Assembly (NCBI GenBank): GCA_900617105.1
Contig: UYFQ01000161.1
Coordinates: forward strand, 1 to 40,105
Source of the DNA: Hydrurus foetidus
Lineage: Eukaryota
Reading direction: 5' to 3'
Length of the DNA: 40,105 nt
Position numbers and translations under genes: made by a program. Of the stretch, positions 22,961 through 34,155 are shown one piece after another; position 1 is the stretch's first letter; every line of letters begins with the position of its first letter. The notes below the pieces were generated by a model, which was not told where the DNA came from, did not search any database, and saw only the letters and a program-made list of their open reading frames with translations.

Positions 22961-23239
22961 TGTTGGGATATCCGGATTAGACTAGGATCTTGTACCCTGT
23001 GTGATGTATGATTGTTTTCATGCACGGGTGTACGTACATTCAGCGATAACATTGACCGCAACCCTCGCACTCATGTTATTCTACCTAGATGTAATCGACA
23101 GCACGTCACTGTCGTTTAATCCAACTTACCGAATAGAACGTCTTCTTCTCTTTTGAGCGAGCGTTGCTAGCAGTCGGAAGTGCAGGGATAGTTTGGGAAC
23201 TCGGAAGAAATTCCGTGTAAATCGCCCAGATTTCCAACA
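22961..23239 (+). repeat. Copia-B 5' LTR (279 bp)
   Basis: Matches 28717-28844 plus 36612-36762 with about 4 substitutions. Confidence 0.96.
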
Positions 23240-23250
23240 TAAACGACAGT
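23240..23250 (+). promoter_or_regulatory. Non-tRNA PBS (TAAACGACAGT) complementary to LTR 23108-23118
   Basis: Exact 11-bp inverted match; no TGG start. Confidence 0.8.
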
Positions 23251-23294
23251 CATCCTTAGATAGATTAGCTAGAAGTTGCAAAAGATTTGCAAGG

Positions 23295-24476
23295 ATGAGA
23301 GGACGAGGCGATGGAAGATTCCAGTCCCGTGGCGGGGGCAGGGGTCGATATGGTAGAGGGCAAGGAGAGCCTCATAAACCCATATCTAAAGGTAGGAAGC
23401 CCGAGGTAGGTGCTTACCTGGATTTGCCGCGAGGACAAGCGGCAGATCCAGAATCTGTGTTGAAATGGCTCGAATGTTTTCGAGTATATATGTACAGTAC
23501 TTATGAATCTACTGTAAAAGAAATAATAGGTATAGACGGGATCCTCTACGACTACGTAGAGCAGGTGGAACCTGCGGACCCGCCTGAAGGAGCAGGACTG
23601 GTCGCCATAGAGCGATGGAAAACTGCACGTAAGAAATATGAAGCTGCATCTGAATTGCTTATAAAAGACTGCGCGAAATTGTATGGTGTACTACTAGGTC
23701 AAATGTCAGAGGCGTCGCAGACGCGGGTGAACGAGATGCCCGCGGGAAAGAGAGCGATGGAGGAATGCGATCCCCTAGGTCTGTTGACATGTGTGGTGGC
23801 AACACACATGAACAACAAAAGGTATGGAGAAACATACAACATCATTACAGCAGTTAGAAACTTTTATAATAACAAAATGACTCAACACGAAGACCTAGCA
23901 GCTTACTATAGTAGGTGCAGGACTTTGCTATTCGTCAAGAGCGAAGCCTACAGGTTGGCAGACGAAGACGCACCAGAACACACAGATGAGTTCCATGCTG
24001 TCTTATTTATAACTGCACTGAATTCAAACTATTCAGACTATATTAATACGTTTAAAAATAAGGTTCGGCCATGGCCGCAGACCATGGCTGATGCCAACCA
24101 GGACGCGGCCAACTTCCTCATGGGAAGGCCCGTCCACGGAGGAGCTCCCCCGAACTCGGAGAAGCGAAACGTTTTCGCGGCCAGTCGGGGTGGGAGAGCG
24201 GGTTCCGGTGGGAGAGGCGGCAGAGGCCGCGGAGGCAATCAAGGAGCTGAGAAGGGAGGGTTCGACACCCCCGGCAGCGAGAGTACGGCGAGGGCAGGCA
24301 CTCCCTATAGGGATAGGGAGGCCACCCCGCAGAGAGAGAGAGGTGGTGCCGTACAGGAGTACGGTACCCGTTACGGAGCGTGTAACAACTGCGGGGAGGA
24401 GGGCCACTACGCGTACGAGTGTAAGAAGCCGCCGAGGAAGAACGCACCTGCGCGTCACACTTCCTCGGAAAAGTAA
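23295..24476 (+). CDS. gag: Copia-B gag with RGG-rich segments and a CCHC knuckle
   Basis: ATG 44 nt after the PBS; CNNCGEEGHYAYEC; also open in the second copy. Confidence 0.92.
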   Translation: MRGRGDGRFQSRGGGRGRYGRGQGEPHKPISKGRKPEVGAYLDLPRGQAADPESVLKWLECFRVYMYSTYESTVKEIIGIDGILYDYVEQVEPADPPEGAGLVAIERWKTARKKYEAASELLIKDCAKLYGVLLGQMSEASQTRVNEMPAGKRAMEECDPLGLLTCVVATHMNNKRYGETYNIITAVRNFYNNKMTQHEDLAAYYSRCRTLLFVKSEAYRLADEDAPEHTDEFHAVLFITALNSNYSDYINTFKNKVRPWPQTMADANQDAANFLMGRPVHGGAPPNSEKRNVFAASRGGRAGSGGRGGRGRGGNQGAEKGGFDTPGSESTARAGTPYRDREATPQRERGGAVQEYGTRYGACNNCGEEGHYAYECKKPPRKNAPARHTSSEK

Positions 24477-27400
24477 GTCCCTTATATGTTTTTTTACCTG
24501 ATTCACTAGCTAAGGATGTAAATGTTCCGTGTGGGGAAACCGGACTGCATGACGTATTTGCAACGTCGACCGGTTACCCTGCGTTTGTGCCATTGTTAGA
24601 TAAAGCATGCAGCTTGGAGAATTTTTGTCCACTGAACAGTAAAAATTGTGGGGGTGACCCTGTGATTTTTAGTGCGAATGTATATACACACAGTTCCACA
24701 TTCACAGACAGACAAGTGTTGTTAGATACATGTGCAGCAGAGTCAGTGTTTTGTAGTGGAGATTTATTTTATAGTATTATGCCGTCCGCTACCCCGATGA
24801 TTATTAATGGAGTGAACCCTCAGGGGGAACCCTTGATAATCACGGAGTGTGGCGAGACGGACTTCGGAACAGTTTACTACGATAGCAATTGTATAGCGAA
24901 TATATTATCCTTCGGTAACATAGTCAGCGTGAGCGAGTCAGTTAGCTATGACAGTGACCAGGATTGTTACAAAGTTAGGATGATTAAGTCAGGACCTGTA
25001 TATAGATTTGTCCATGATCAGTCTACGAACATATATCTATGCGACTTAGACAGAAATGTCAGTTACAAGAATGTATCGTTCGATAAATCGATCATGGTCA
25101 TGACAGTTAAGGATAAGAAGAAACTGTATACAGCTAGACAAGTTAAGTCAGCAGAGTTAGCTAGAGAGTATCAGAGAAAGTTAGGTTACGCCAGCCCAGG
25201 ACAGTTAATTAAATTAATAGGTCAGGGGAAATTAGATAAGAGTGACATAACAGCGCAAGATGTAGTTAGAGCATTAGATATTTTTGGACCAGATTTGGGT
25301 TCCCTTAAGGGGAAAACAACTAGTCACAAAACTGAGTTAGAAGAAGAGATGCCAGTTGTAGGTAGGCAGTTCCTAAACCAGGTTATGTACATAGATTTGA
25401 TGTTTGTGAACTCGATACCCTATCTAGTCACAGTTACAAATCCCTTGGAACATGTGATGATATGTAAACTCTCACGTACAAATAAGTCTTCCTTGTTGAT
25501 GAACATAGAGAGCAACATACATCACATTACTAAGTATGGATTTAAGATAACCATGATAAGAATAGACGGAGAGTCGGCAGTTAATACTTTAAGTTTTGAG
25601 AGTAAGCTAGCCGCACTAGGTATTATATTAGACAGTACTGGAGCAGGAGAAGCAGTAGCTGTAGTTGAGAGGAAGATTAGAGTGATCAAGGAACGTGTTC
25701 GTGCCATCATCAACACGGTACCTTTTTCACTGAGTGAGCTACTAGAAAGTTGGTTACTTAGATATGTTGTGAACAGATTAAATTTAGTACCAACTAGAAA
25801 CAGTGTAGCTTACGTCAGCCCCAGAGAGAAATTATACGGTAGAAAGATTAACGTAGATAAGGAGTTGAAACACGGTTTCGGTGATTACGTACAAGTACAT
25901 ACCGATTCCGTGGATAACTCAACTAAACCCAGATCACAGGCAGCAATAGCATTAGTTAGTGCAGGCAACCTAGAAGGTTCATGGTATTATCTGCTGTTAG
26001 CTAACTTAAAAGTAGTGAAGAGGACAAAGGCTACTAGCTTACCAATGACAGATGATGTGATCAGTTACCTCGATAAGTTAGCATCTGAGAGGAAATTAAA
26101 TATGTCAGTGAATGTCAAGCAACCTATTTTCGAACAGAGTAATCAAATCCTCGAAGACGATGGAAATGATTACTCCAACGATGAATTTGAGTTGCAGACA
26201 CCTGACATGATAACACCGTATAGTTATCCCACAGAAGACGAATTTGTGCATCATGAGATAGCAAATAATTTTGACTCATACGATGGCAATTCTGATGTAG
26301 CTTACGAATCAGAGTTCGAACAATTAACAGAATACATACCAAATGATATATACGTTAATGAAGGAGAGGATGTAGTGTATGACGATACACCAACTGACCC
26401 CGATGCATTAATGAATGATATATTTGGTGTAGACAGTGATGATGAGGTAGATACCCCCACCACAGAAAATAGCAAGTCAGAGGAAATTCTAGATAAACAA
26501 CCCAGACGTAGTGCTAGAAACCATCAGCCAGGTAGATGGAACAAGAGATTAGTAGGTTTAAGTATACCTAGCTACAAAGATTCAGTTATGTGTAAGTACA
26601 TGATGAACATGACCGTAACAGAGGGAGTACAGAAATTAGGCGAAATAGCCGTAGATTCCATTAAAAAGAGTTACAACAGATGTGTGATAAGAATGTGTGG
26701 GAGGCAGTTCACCTCAACAGTCTTAGTTACGATCAGAGGAAAAGTATCATAACCAGCAGTATGTTTTAAAAGATAAGTATACAGCAGATGGTAAATTTGA
26801 TAAGCTAAAATCTAGACTTGTAGCAGGAGGGCATTTACAAGATAGAAATATATATGATAACGGTTCATCACCAACTGTTAGCACCACTAGCGTATTTATT
26901 GTTGCTGCAATTGCTGCTAGTGAAAATCGAGCGGTCGCTACGATCGATTTTCCTGGTGCATTCCTCAACAGTGATATGCCACTAGACGGTGACCATGCAG
27001 TGCTGATGAGACTGAATAAATATTTGACTAACATATTAGTTAGCATTGACAAGTCTTATCAGAAGTATGTAAATGAGAAAGGAACAGTAGTAGTTAAACT
27101 TAAGAAAGCATTATATGGATGCGTAGAGTCAGCTAAGTTATGGTATGATAAAATATCATCAGATTTAACACAGCTAGGCTATAAGGTAAATCCATCAGAC
27201 ATATGTGTATTCAATAGGACTGAGCTAGATTCCACTCAGACTACTTTAGTTATCCATGTTGACGATATGATGATCAGCAGTAGGGATGAGAAGCGTATAG
27301 ATAGTATAATTTCAGAGATAGAAAAACTATACCCAGGCTTGACTAAGAGTAGAGGTAGAGTGTTGAATTATATAGGTATGACTTTTAACTTTGAGCAGTT

Positions 27401-28205
27401 AGGCAGAGTTGTCATATCCATGGAAGGTTTCATAAAAGACTTGTTAGACGATTGCATAGAGATTGTGGGGGTGTCTAGAACACCTGCCGACGATAATCTA
27501 TTTAAGATCGATCTTAACAGTCCTTTATTGAAAGATAAAGAACGTGAGAGATTCCACTCACTAACAGCTAAGTTGTTATATTTAAGTAAGAGAACCAGAC
27601 CAGACATACTGACATGTATAGCATATCTAACTAAAAGAGTCCTAGAACCTAGAACCGACGACTGGAATAAGTTAGCGCATACTATACGGTATATCAGAGA
27701 GACTAGAGCTACGCCGCTGACCCTAGAGGTAGATACTCCGGTTAAGGTTATAGCCTATATAGATGCATCATACGCTGTACATGCAGATAAGAAGAGTCAC
27801 ACTGGCTGTATTATAACACTAGGTAAGGGAGCAATATATGGTAAGAGTTCCACTCAGAAATTAAATACTACGTCTAGCACAGAGGCAGAACTAGTAGCTA
27901 TGACTGAAGCAGGTAATCAGGTTTTATGGACTAGGAATTTCCTTATCCATCAAGAGTATGAGGTAGGTCCAGCTTTAATTTACCAAGATAACCTATCCAC
28001 AATTCAGTTAGTTAAGAACGGTAGGTCCAACAGTGAAAGAACTAGACACATAGACATCAAGTTTTTCTTCCTGCATGACCGAATTAAATCAGACCATATT
28101 ATTGTAACCTACAAGAGTACTAAAGAAATGATTGCAGATTTGCTGACCAAGCCACTGCAGGGGAAGCTATTCCAAGAGCTACGTGACCAAGTGCTCAATG
28201 TATAA
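24425..28205 (+). CDS. pol: Copia-B pol (PR, IN, RT, RH) in the -1 frame relative to gag, with two frameshifts at ~26665 and ~26767
   Basis: LLDTCA; IDLMFV, DGE, ERKIR; KSRLVAGG, DFPGAFL, KALYG, HVDD; DASYA, SSTEAE, QDN, ADLLTK. Confidence 0.93.
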
Positions 28206-28716
28206 AGAAATTCAGGGGAGTTATTTATTGATTTTGACTTACCCACTTATAGCGCTTTTTCCAGATAAATTACAAAATAAAAATAAAAATCTGATTTCGC
28301 TTTAAATCAACATTTGTTTGATAGGACCGCGAGGGACATCGATACACCGCTTTTGCGACATCGAATGTCGACGTTTTAGTGGATTTAAGGGCACCAACAT
28401 CGGTTGGATCGAACTCGAGACCGGTCACCAGCTGAGGCTTTTTTGACGGTTTAGAAATAGTTTTTCTCGAGTAATACCTATCCACTAATCCAACCACCCA
28501 TGTTTTATTTTACACCATATCACGACGCAACTTGTCAATATTAAAAAATTCCGTGAAAAATATTTTTAAGAAAATTTACTGTTTACCATACCCTAACACT
28601 AAGTTCCCTATCTGAGTGTTGTGTGAAACATTATGAACAATAACCAATAAGTATACTATACAAGCATATGCTAATTAACATTTTCACTTATTCAAACAAT
28701 AACCATCATGGGGGTG

Positions 28717-28844
28717 TGTTGAGATATCCGGATTAGACTAGGATCTTGTACCCTGTGTGATGTATGATTGTTTTCATGCACGGGTGTACGCACATTCAGC
28801 GATAACATTGACCGCAACCCTCGCACTCATGTTATGCTACCTAG
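28717..28844 (+). repeat. Copia-B 3' LTR, left part
   Basis: Matches 22961-23088 and breaks after CCTAG. Confidence 0.95.
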
Positions 28845-29122
28845 TGTCTGAAATCCACGGTTCAGGTAGCTGCGAAGCGTACGGGAACGTTCTGAGTCTC
28901 GTAAAATAACTAGGTGATAGTCAAGTACTTGTTATTAAAACTTGTGCGCGGCGTCCCTGTTCACCGTACACGAAGCTTAGTGTTCGCAACACTAACTAAC
29001 TTATATATATACGCATATCGAATCGCACATTCAAAGTGTAGTGCGTTACTTTCAGGCCTGAAAGTAACGTACGTAAGTACACCTCTCTACTAACACCAGT
29101 CCTACACACGTAATATCCAACA
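28845..29122 (-). repeat. Copia-C 3' LTR
   Basis: Direct repeat of 36329-36606. Confidence 0.96.
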
Positions 29123-29223
29123 CACCCCTAGGACTTGCGTTGTTTCACACATCTCATTCAAACAGTATATAGCACACATCATCTGTATATTCACGCATTG
29201 TAAGGTGTAAGTAATATATCGCA

Positions 29224-31588
29224 TTACTTCCATCCCGTCAGACACTCTCTCTCATATATGAACTGCGACCCTTGTAACGGCTTAGTCAGTACGTTCGCGT
29301 ACATCTCTTTAGTTCCCTTGTGCACCACGGTCGCCTCCTTCTTCTCCACCCGCTCTCGCAACCAGAAATATCTGATGGAGATATGCCGAGTTCTCTCAGC
29401 TACAGATCTTCCCCTCTCCATGAGAGCCATACAGGACGTGTTGTCCTGGTATACCGTAATTGGCGCTACCCTGTGCCCTTGCGCCAGCAGGAAGTTCCGG
29501 ATGTACAACCCTTGATTCGCCGAGTCCGATAGAGCGATCAGCTCCGCTTCCGTGCTCGATTTGGTCACAATGCTCTGCTTGCACGATTTACAGTGGATAG
29601 CTCCAACCTCTCCTATCACGACATAGCTCCCTGTGTGTGACTTGCCGTCCCCGTGCACCCCGTATGCGGCATCCACGTACAGCCGTACGCACACCCCCAA
29701 TTTCCCCGGTCTCAGGATAACCCCTCTCTCCCTAGTGTACGCGATGTATTGCACCATCCGCTTCAACTTCTCTTCGTCGTCAACGGTACACTTTGTCACC
29801 CGAGTCGCAAGGAACGCAACAGCGGTAAGGCACTCCGGTCTCGCACGCTTCGCCAGATATGTGAGTTTGGCCACCACACTATGGAACCATGATCTTTGCG
29901 TTTCCGACACCAGTACCGCACCATCTCTGGTGTCGAACAGTCCACTGGTGGCAGGGCTTCTAGAGTGTCCAACGATCCCGCTGTACGCTATGACGTCCTC
30001 GACGTATCCCTGCATAGTCATTTTAACTTGTCCTCGAACGGATATATCAAATACCATACCAAGATAATTCAGCACGGGTCCGTCCGCAGACGTTATTTCC
30101 CCATACCTTTTCTTCATGAATCCCTTTAGGCCCATAATCATTTCCTCGCTTTCGCTTGTGATGATGAGGTCGTCGACGTGCACGGCCACTGTGCATTGCA
30201 CTCCATTCGGGTCCCTCTTATTGTAAACACATATCTCATATTCGTTTCTCTTAAAACCGGCGTCCGTCAGTGATGCAGATAGGTTATTATACCACAGTGC
30301 TGCAGACTCAACACACCCGTACAGTGCTTTCTCGAGCCGTACCACCGTACATCCTCTGTCGTCCGTTTACGAGCCGTACGTTCCATCTAGCTCAGCCAGC
30401 ATGGCTGACATTGTCGGGTCTAGTCGCATATACACAATTATTTTTCCCATCGTTGCATTTAGGAATGCACCCCCGATGTCCAGCACGCTGCCTTTCCTAT
30501 TCTCATGCGCCGCTACCGCGAACACTGTCATGACCGCACTAGTCGACACTGTAGGCGAGGATATGTCATCGTATAAATCCTTGTCCTGCTGGTTGCCTCC
30601 AGCCACCAGTCTAGCTTTGAGCTTCTCAAACTTCCCAGTGGGGAGGTACTTCTCCTTAAGGAACATCTGTGATCGGATGATACCCCTCTTCTCTGTTACA
30701 CTCAGCGACGACACGTCTACCGGGGTCCATACTCTTTTGTCGAGCATCTGCTTCAATTCCTTCTTTATCACCCTCTTAGCTTCGTCACCCCTACTCTTGA
30801 GTGCTTCTTTCACCGAGATATTCATCACACGTTCTTCGTACACGCCTCCGCTCTGGTACGTACGATCAGCGTACAGCGCCACGTCGTGATCACCGCCGTA
30901 TGTTCTCGAGAGATTTGTTCCAGCTCCCACGTCGAATCCCGTCGGCACGGCCGTGTACATAGGTGTTTGTGCATTCCCTGGTGGGGTAACCGGCACCGCC
31001 GCGTCAGGATGATGATACGATTCAGGTGCAGCCGGCCCGAACTCCTGGAGCTCCCCGACATCCAAGTCTTCCATATTGAATTCTGCACCCTGCACGATCG
31101 GCACATCGTAGTCTTCAGGGTATCCTATGATGTTGTTCACCATCGCTGGGTCGAATTGGTACTCCTCTCTCTCGCCCTCGTCCAGATCCAGCTGGGTGTA
31201 GGGGTTGGCCGTGACATCCGGGTCCAGGTTAGCCGCAGGATCTTGGGTCGGCCGTATGTACGTGGGTTCTTCAGTTCGTCGCAACCCTCCTTCACTGATA
31301 CTTTGATTATCTTACCAGTACTGATCGACATCATCTTCACTGATCCTGTTCTGTTCCCCGTTGGCAGCATGACGATACAGTCTTCCGTCCTCGATTCCAT
31401 AGTGTTATTGGTATTCGGCACGGTGCATTGGGCATATTCCCCGAAGTCCATCTTCCCGTCCGTCTATCTACCAGAGAACATCACTCGCGGACTCTCCCCT
31501 GAGCCGCTGACCGACGAGACTTGGTAGTTCAACCTAGAGACACAAAACAGTACTAACATTGCCACGCCCAGGTATGTTAGAGTGAATG
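29224..31588 (-). pseudogene. pol: Copia-C integrase C-terminus, RT and RNase H; disrupted
   Basis: KARLVAGG, DIGGAFL, KALYG, HVDD, DAAYG, SSTEAE, QDN; in-frame stop at 30367-69 and a frameshift near 31290. Confidence 0.92.
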
Positions 31589-31701
31589 CCAGTGGGGGGC
31601 TAAACTGATACCGGGGCAAAACTGATACCGCTCTGTACTATACTCCGCACAATCAACTGACATACCAACCCTCCGTATATCACAATTCACATCGCGGTGA
31701 A

Positions 31702-33465
31702 ATGTCAACTTCTCCGCCATCGAATCCCGAGAGGCTCCCTAGTCCTTGGGGGAGACGGACACCAAAATTAAAATCGAATTCAATTTCGACAGCTGAGAAA
31801 GTTTGGCTTATTCATGAGATCTTCTATCATGGAGTATCTTCACGAGAACTCTCTGGACGCTATGGCATTTCCAGGAAAATATTGAATCTTTGGGTTAACA
31901 GATTCTCAAAGAATGGAAAGGTGCACGATGCTGGCAGACCAAAATTATTTGATTCTCCCGCGAAAGCAGAACTGAGATCGTCTGTTTCGGGCAATATTCA
32001 CAACACAGTAAAATCAGAGTTCGTTCGCAATTTACAGTCAGAGCACGTGAAAGCAGTCGTCAAAACAAAAGCTGTTGCTGGATCATCGGTCAAGCCTATC
32101 TCACGGAGGTCAATAGCACGTTACATTGATGCCATCGGTCTCAAAGTCGGTAATGCGGAGCAGACCACCGACGCAAGAGCTCTCGCTACTTCGGATAAGC
32201 TCAATGCTGTTACCGTCGCTGTGGCGCACTTCTTGATGATGCCTTTGACAGTTCCTGATCTAGCGATCAATGCCGATGGGACTTCATATCAAACTTCGGG
32301 TGGCCTAACAGACAAGGTTCAGGTTCTCTATGACCCACTAGAGAGGGTTGAGAAGAAAGGACCGTTGAAAGTCATGGCAGTGAAAGGGTCTACCTTGACA
32401 GCATTTTTCATCAAGTTCTATATGTGTATCACTGCTATGGGTGTCTCTGCTCCTCCTGTTTACATTATTGCCGACGACAACATGGTGGAGGGGACAATAG
32501 ACTATCATGAGGTACCCGGTCTGGGAATCGGGACTGATATACTGTCGACTGGTTGGATAGTATTTTCTAAAACTCGAAGCGTCAACCAGGAGTTCTATAG
32601 ATGGTGGTTCTCAACTGTCTTCATCAAGTTTGTCACTGACATAAGGATACTAAATCAAATACCTCTGACGACACCAGCTTATTTTACACTTGATGGGGAG
32701 GATGTTCAGATCAAGCCGTTGAGAACCACTGAGGTTGCCAACATGTGCTTAGAACACTATATCGTCATTGGGAAGTTGCCTGCCTCTACAACCTCAATCT
32801 ACCAGCCGTGCGATGTTGGGACATGTTTTATGGCATCCAAAACAAAAAAAGGGACTTAAAAATATCAAGGATATACTGATTTCCGAATCTACCGAGCGTC
32901 ACAAAAACTTCATCAAGCTGCATGAAACTTTCGTTGGGAAGAAAATGTCTGCGGCGCATGTGAAAGCAATAGCAGAGGGACTGCATGTAGTGAAACATAT
33001 AATTCAGTCAACTTTGAAATCAGACACAATTACCGATTCATTCAGTACGTGCGGCCAGTTCGACAGAAAGGGCGGGGGATGCGATGTTGAGAAAATTTTG
33101 GGTCAGTGCAAAACTGCTTTGAGATCACGAGAGTTTGGGAGCACATGCCATTCCTTTGCAACCAGATGAAGACCAATGGGGAGTTGTCTATGAAGGACAT
33201 GGAACGCTTAGATATGGACAACATGTCCAGGGCAAATGGTAGATGCATTGATGATCTCGTCCTCAACCGTCGAAGATTTGTATTCCTAACTAACTGCGCA
33301 TTTATCGCTAGTGAGGACGACAAGAAGCTGGCGAAAGAAGCACTCGAGACAGAGAAGGTTGCCAAAGCTGTCAAGCGCAAAGCAGATGCAGAGTTAAAGA
33401 AGCAGAACCCCAAGCCGAACAAAAGAGCAAAAAAGGCAGGAGTAGTAGCAGTAGAAGATATTTAA
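31702..33465 (+). CDS. pogo-like transposase with frameshifts at ~32848 and ~33120
   Basis: N-terminal HTH and GRPK linker; INADGT, TLDG, LPASTTSIYQPCDVG, ITDSFSTCG; basic C-terminus. Confidence 0.85.
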
Positions 33466-33522
33466 TCTATTTGTAAATAAACGGATAATTCAGAATCATT
33501 ATGAACAGTTTGAGCTTCATCT

Positions 33523-34028
33523 TCAGACAACAGCAGAGTGCGCGTCAGATGTTTTAAATACTCCAGGATGAAAGCAGGTAAGATAGCGCTTTAGTGATCT
33601 CCTCGAAATCTTAACAGGATCAACAACGTCAGTATTATCGTCAGCTGCATCAACTTTGCCCAATCTCAGGCGGGTTGCAAGGAATTCCTCTTTGATTGCC
33701 GAGGTAAGGTGATCGTCATTTTCGAACGTCATATCTACGATGGAAGTTTCAATTTTCTGTTGGCTTTCAGCATCAAGAACTCGCGGTCTGCCCGGCAGCA
33801 TTCTGAGATAGGATCTTTTACGCATCCTCTGAACAAGGATATTGATATACTTTCTTTGGATGTTGTATCTTTTTGCAATGTCCGCCGCGATATCTTTTTG
33901 CAATATCTTTTTTCTTTCTTCAAGACTCTACTTGTTATCCATTTTTTCTGTTGAAGCGTTGGCAAACCGCCCGAAAATTCAATCCAGTGGTTGTAGGCAT
34001 CTTCGTCCACTGGCACTGTTGCATCCAT
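33523..34028 (-). CDS. Stand-alone paralog of the transposase DNA-binding domain (~170 aa; 1-bp frameshift at ~33910)
   Basis: DIAKRYNIQRK, GRPRVLD and ISRRSLKRYL align with ELSGRYGISRK, GRPKLFD and ISRRSIARYI of ORF 31702. Confidence 0.78.
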
Positions 34029-34155
34029 GGTGTTCTGATCGACGCCGGCGATGTCCTAATTGATTGTTGTGAGGGTTGGTATGTCAGTTGATTGTGCGGA
34101 GTAAAGTACAGAGCGGTATCAGTTTTGCCCCGGTATCAGTTTAGCCCCCCACTGG

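Larger units (their letters stand above)
31589..34155 (+). mobile_element. pogo-like (Tc1/mariner-related DDD) DNA transposon with two convergent ORFs
   Basis: 85-bp TIRs (31589-31673, 34071-34155, 1 mismatch); AATG on both flanks; removing the element and one AATG restores the Copia-C integrase frame HQLPFTLTYLG. Confidence 0.92.

Noticed and set aside
28270..28497. Antisense ORF in the Copia-B 3' UTR (also 37245-37538) as an env-like or accessory gene
   Set aside because: It is short, start and stop differ between the copies, and it has no recognisable motif. Its presence in both copies reflects overall DNA identity.
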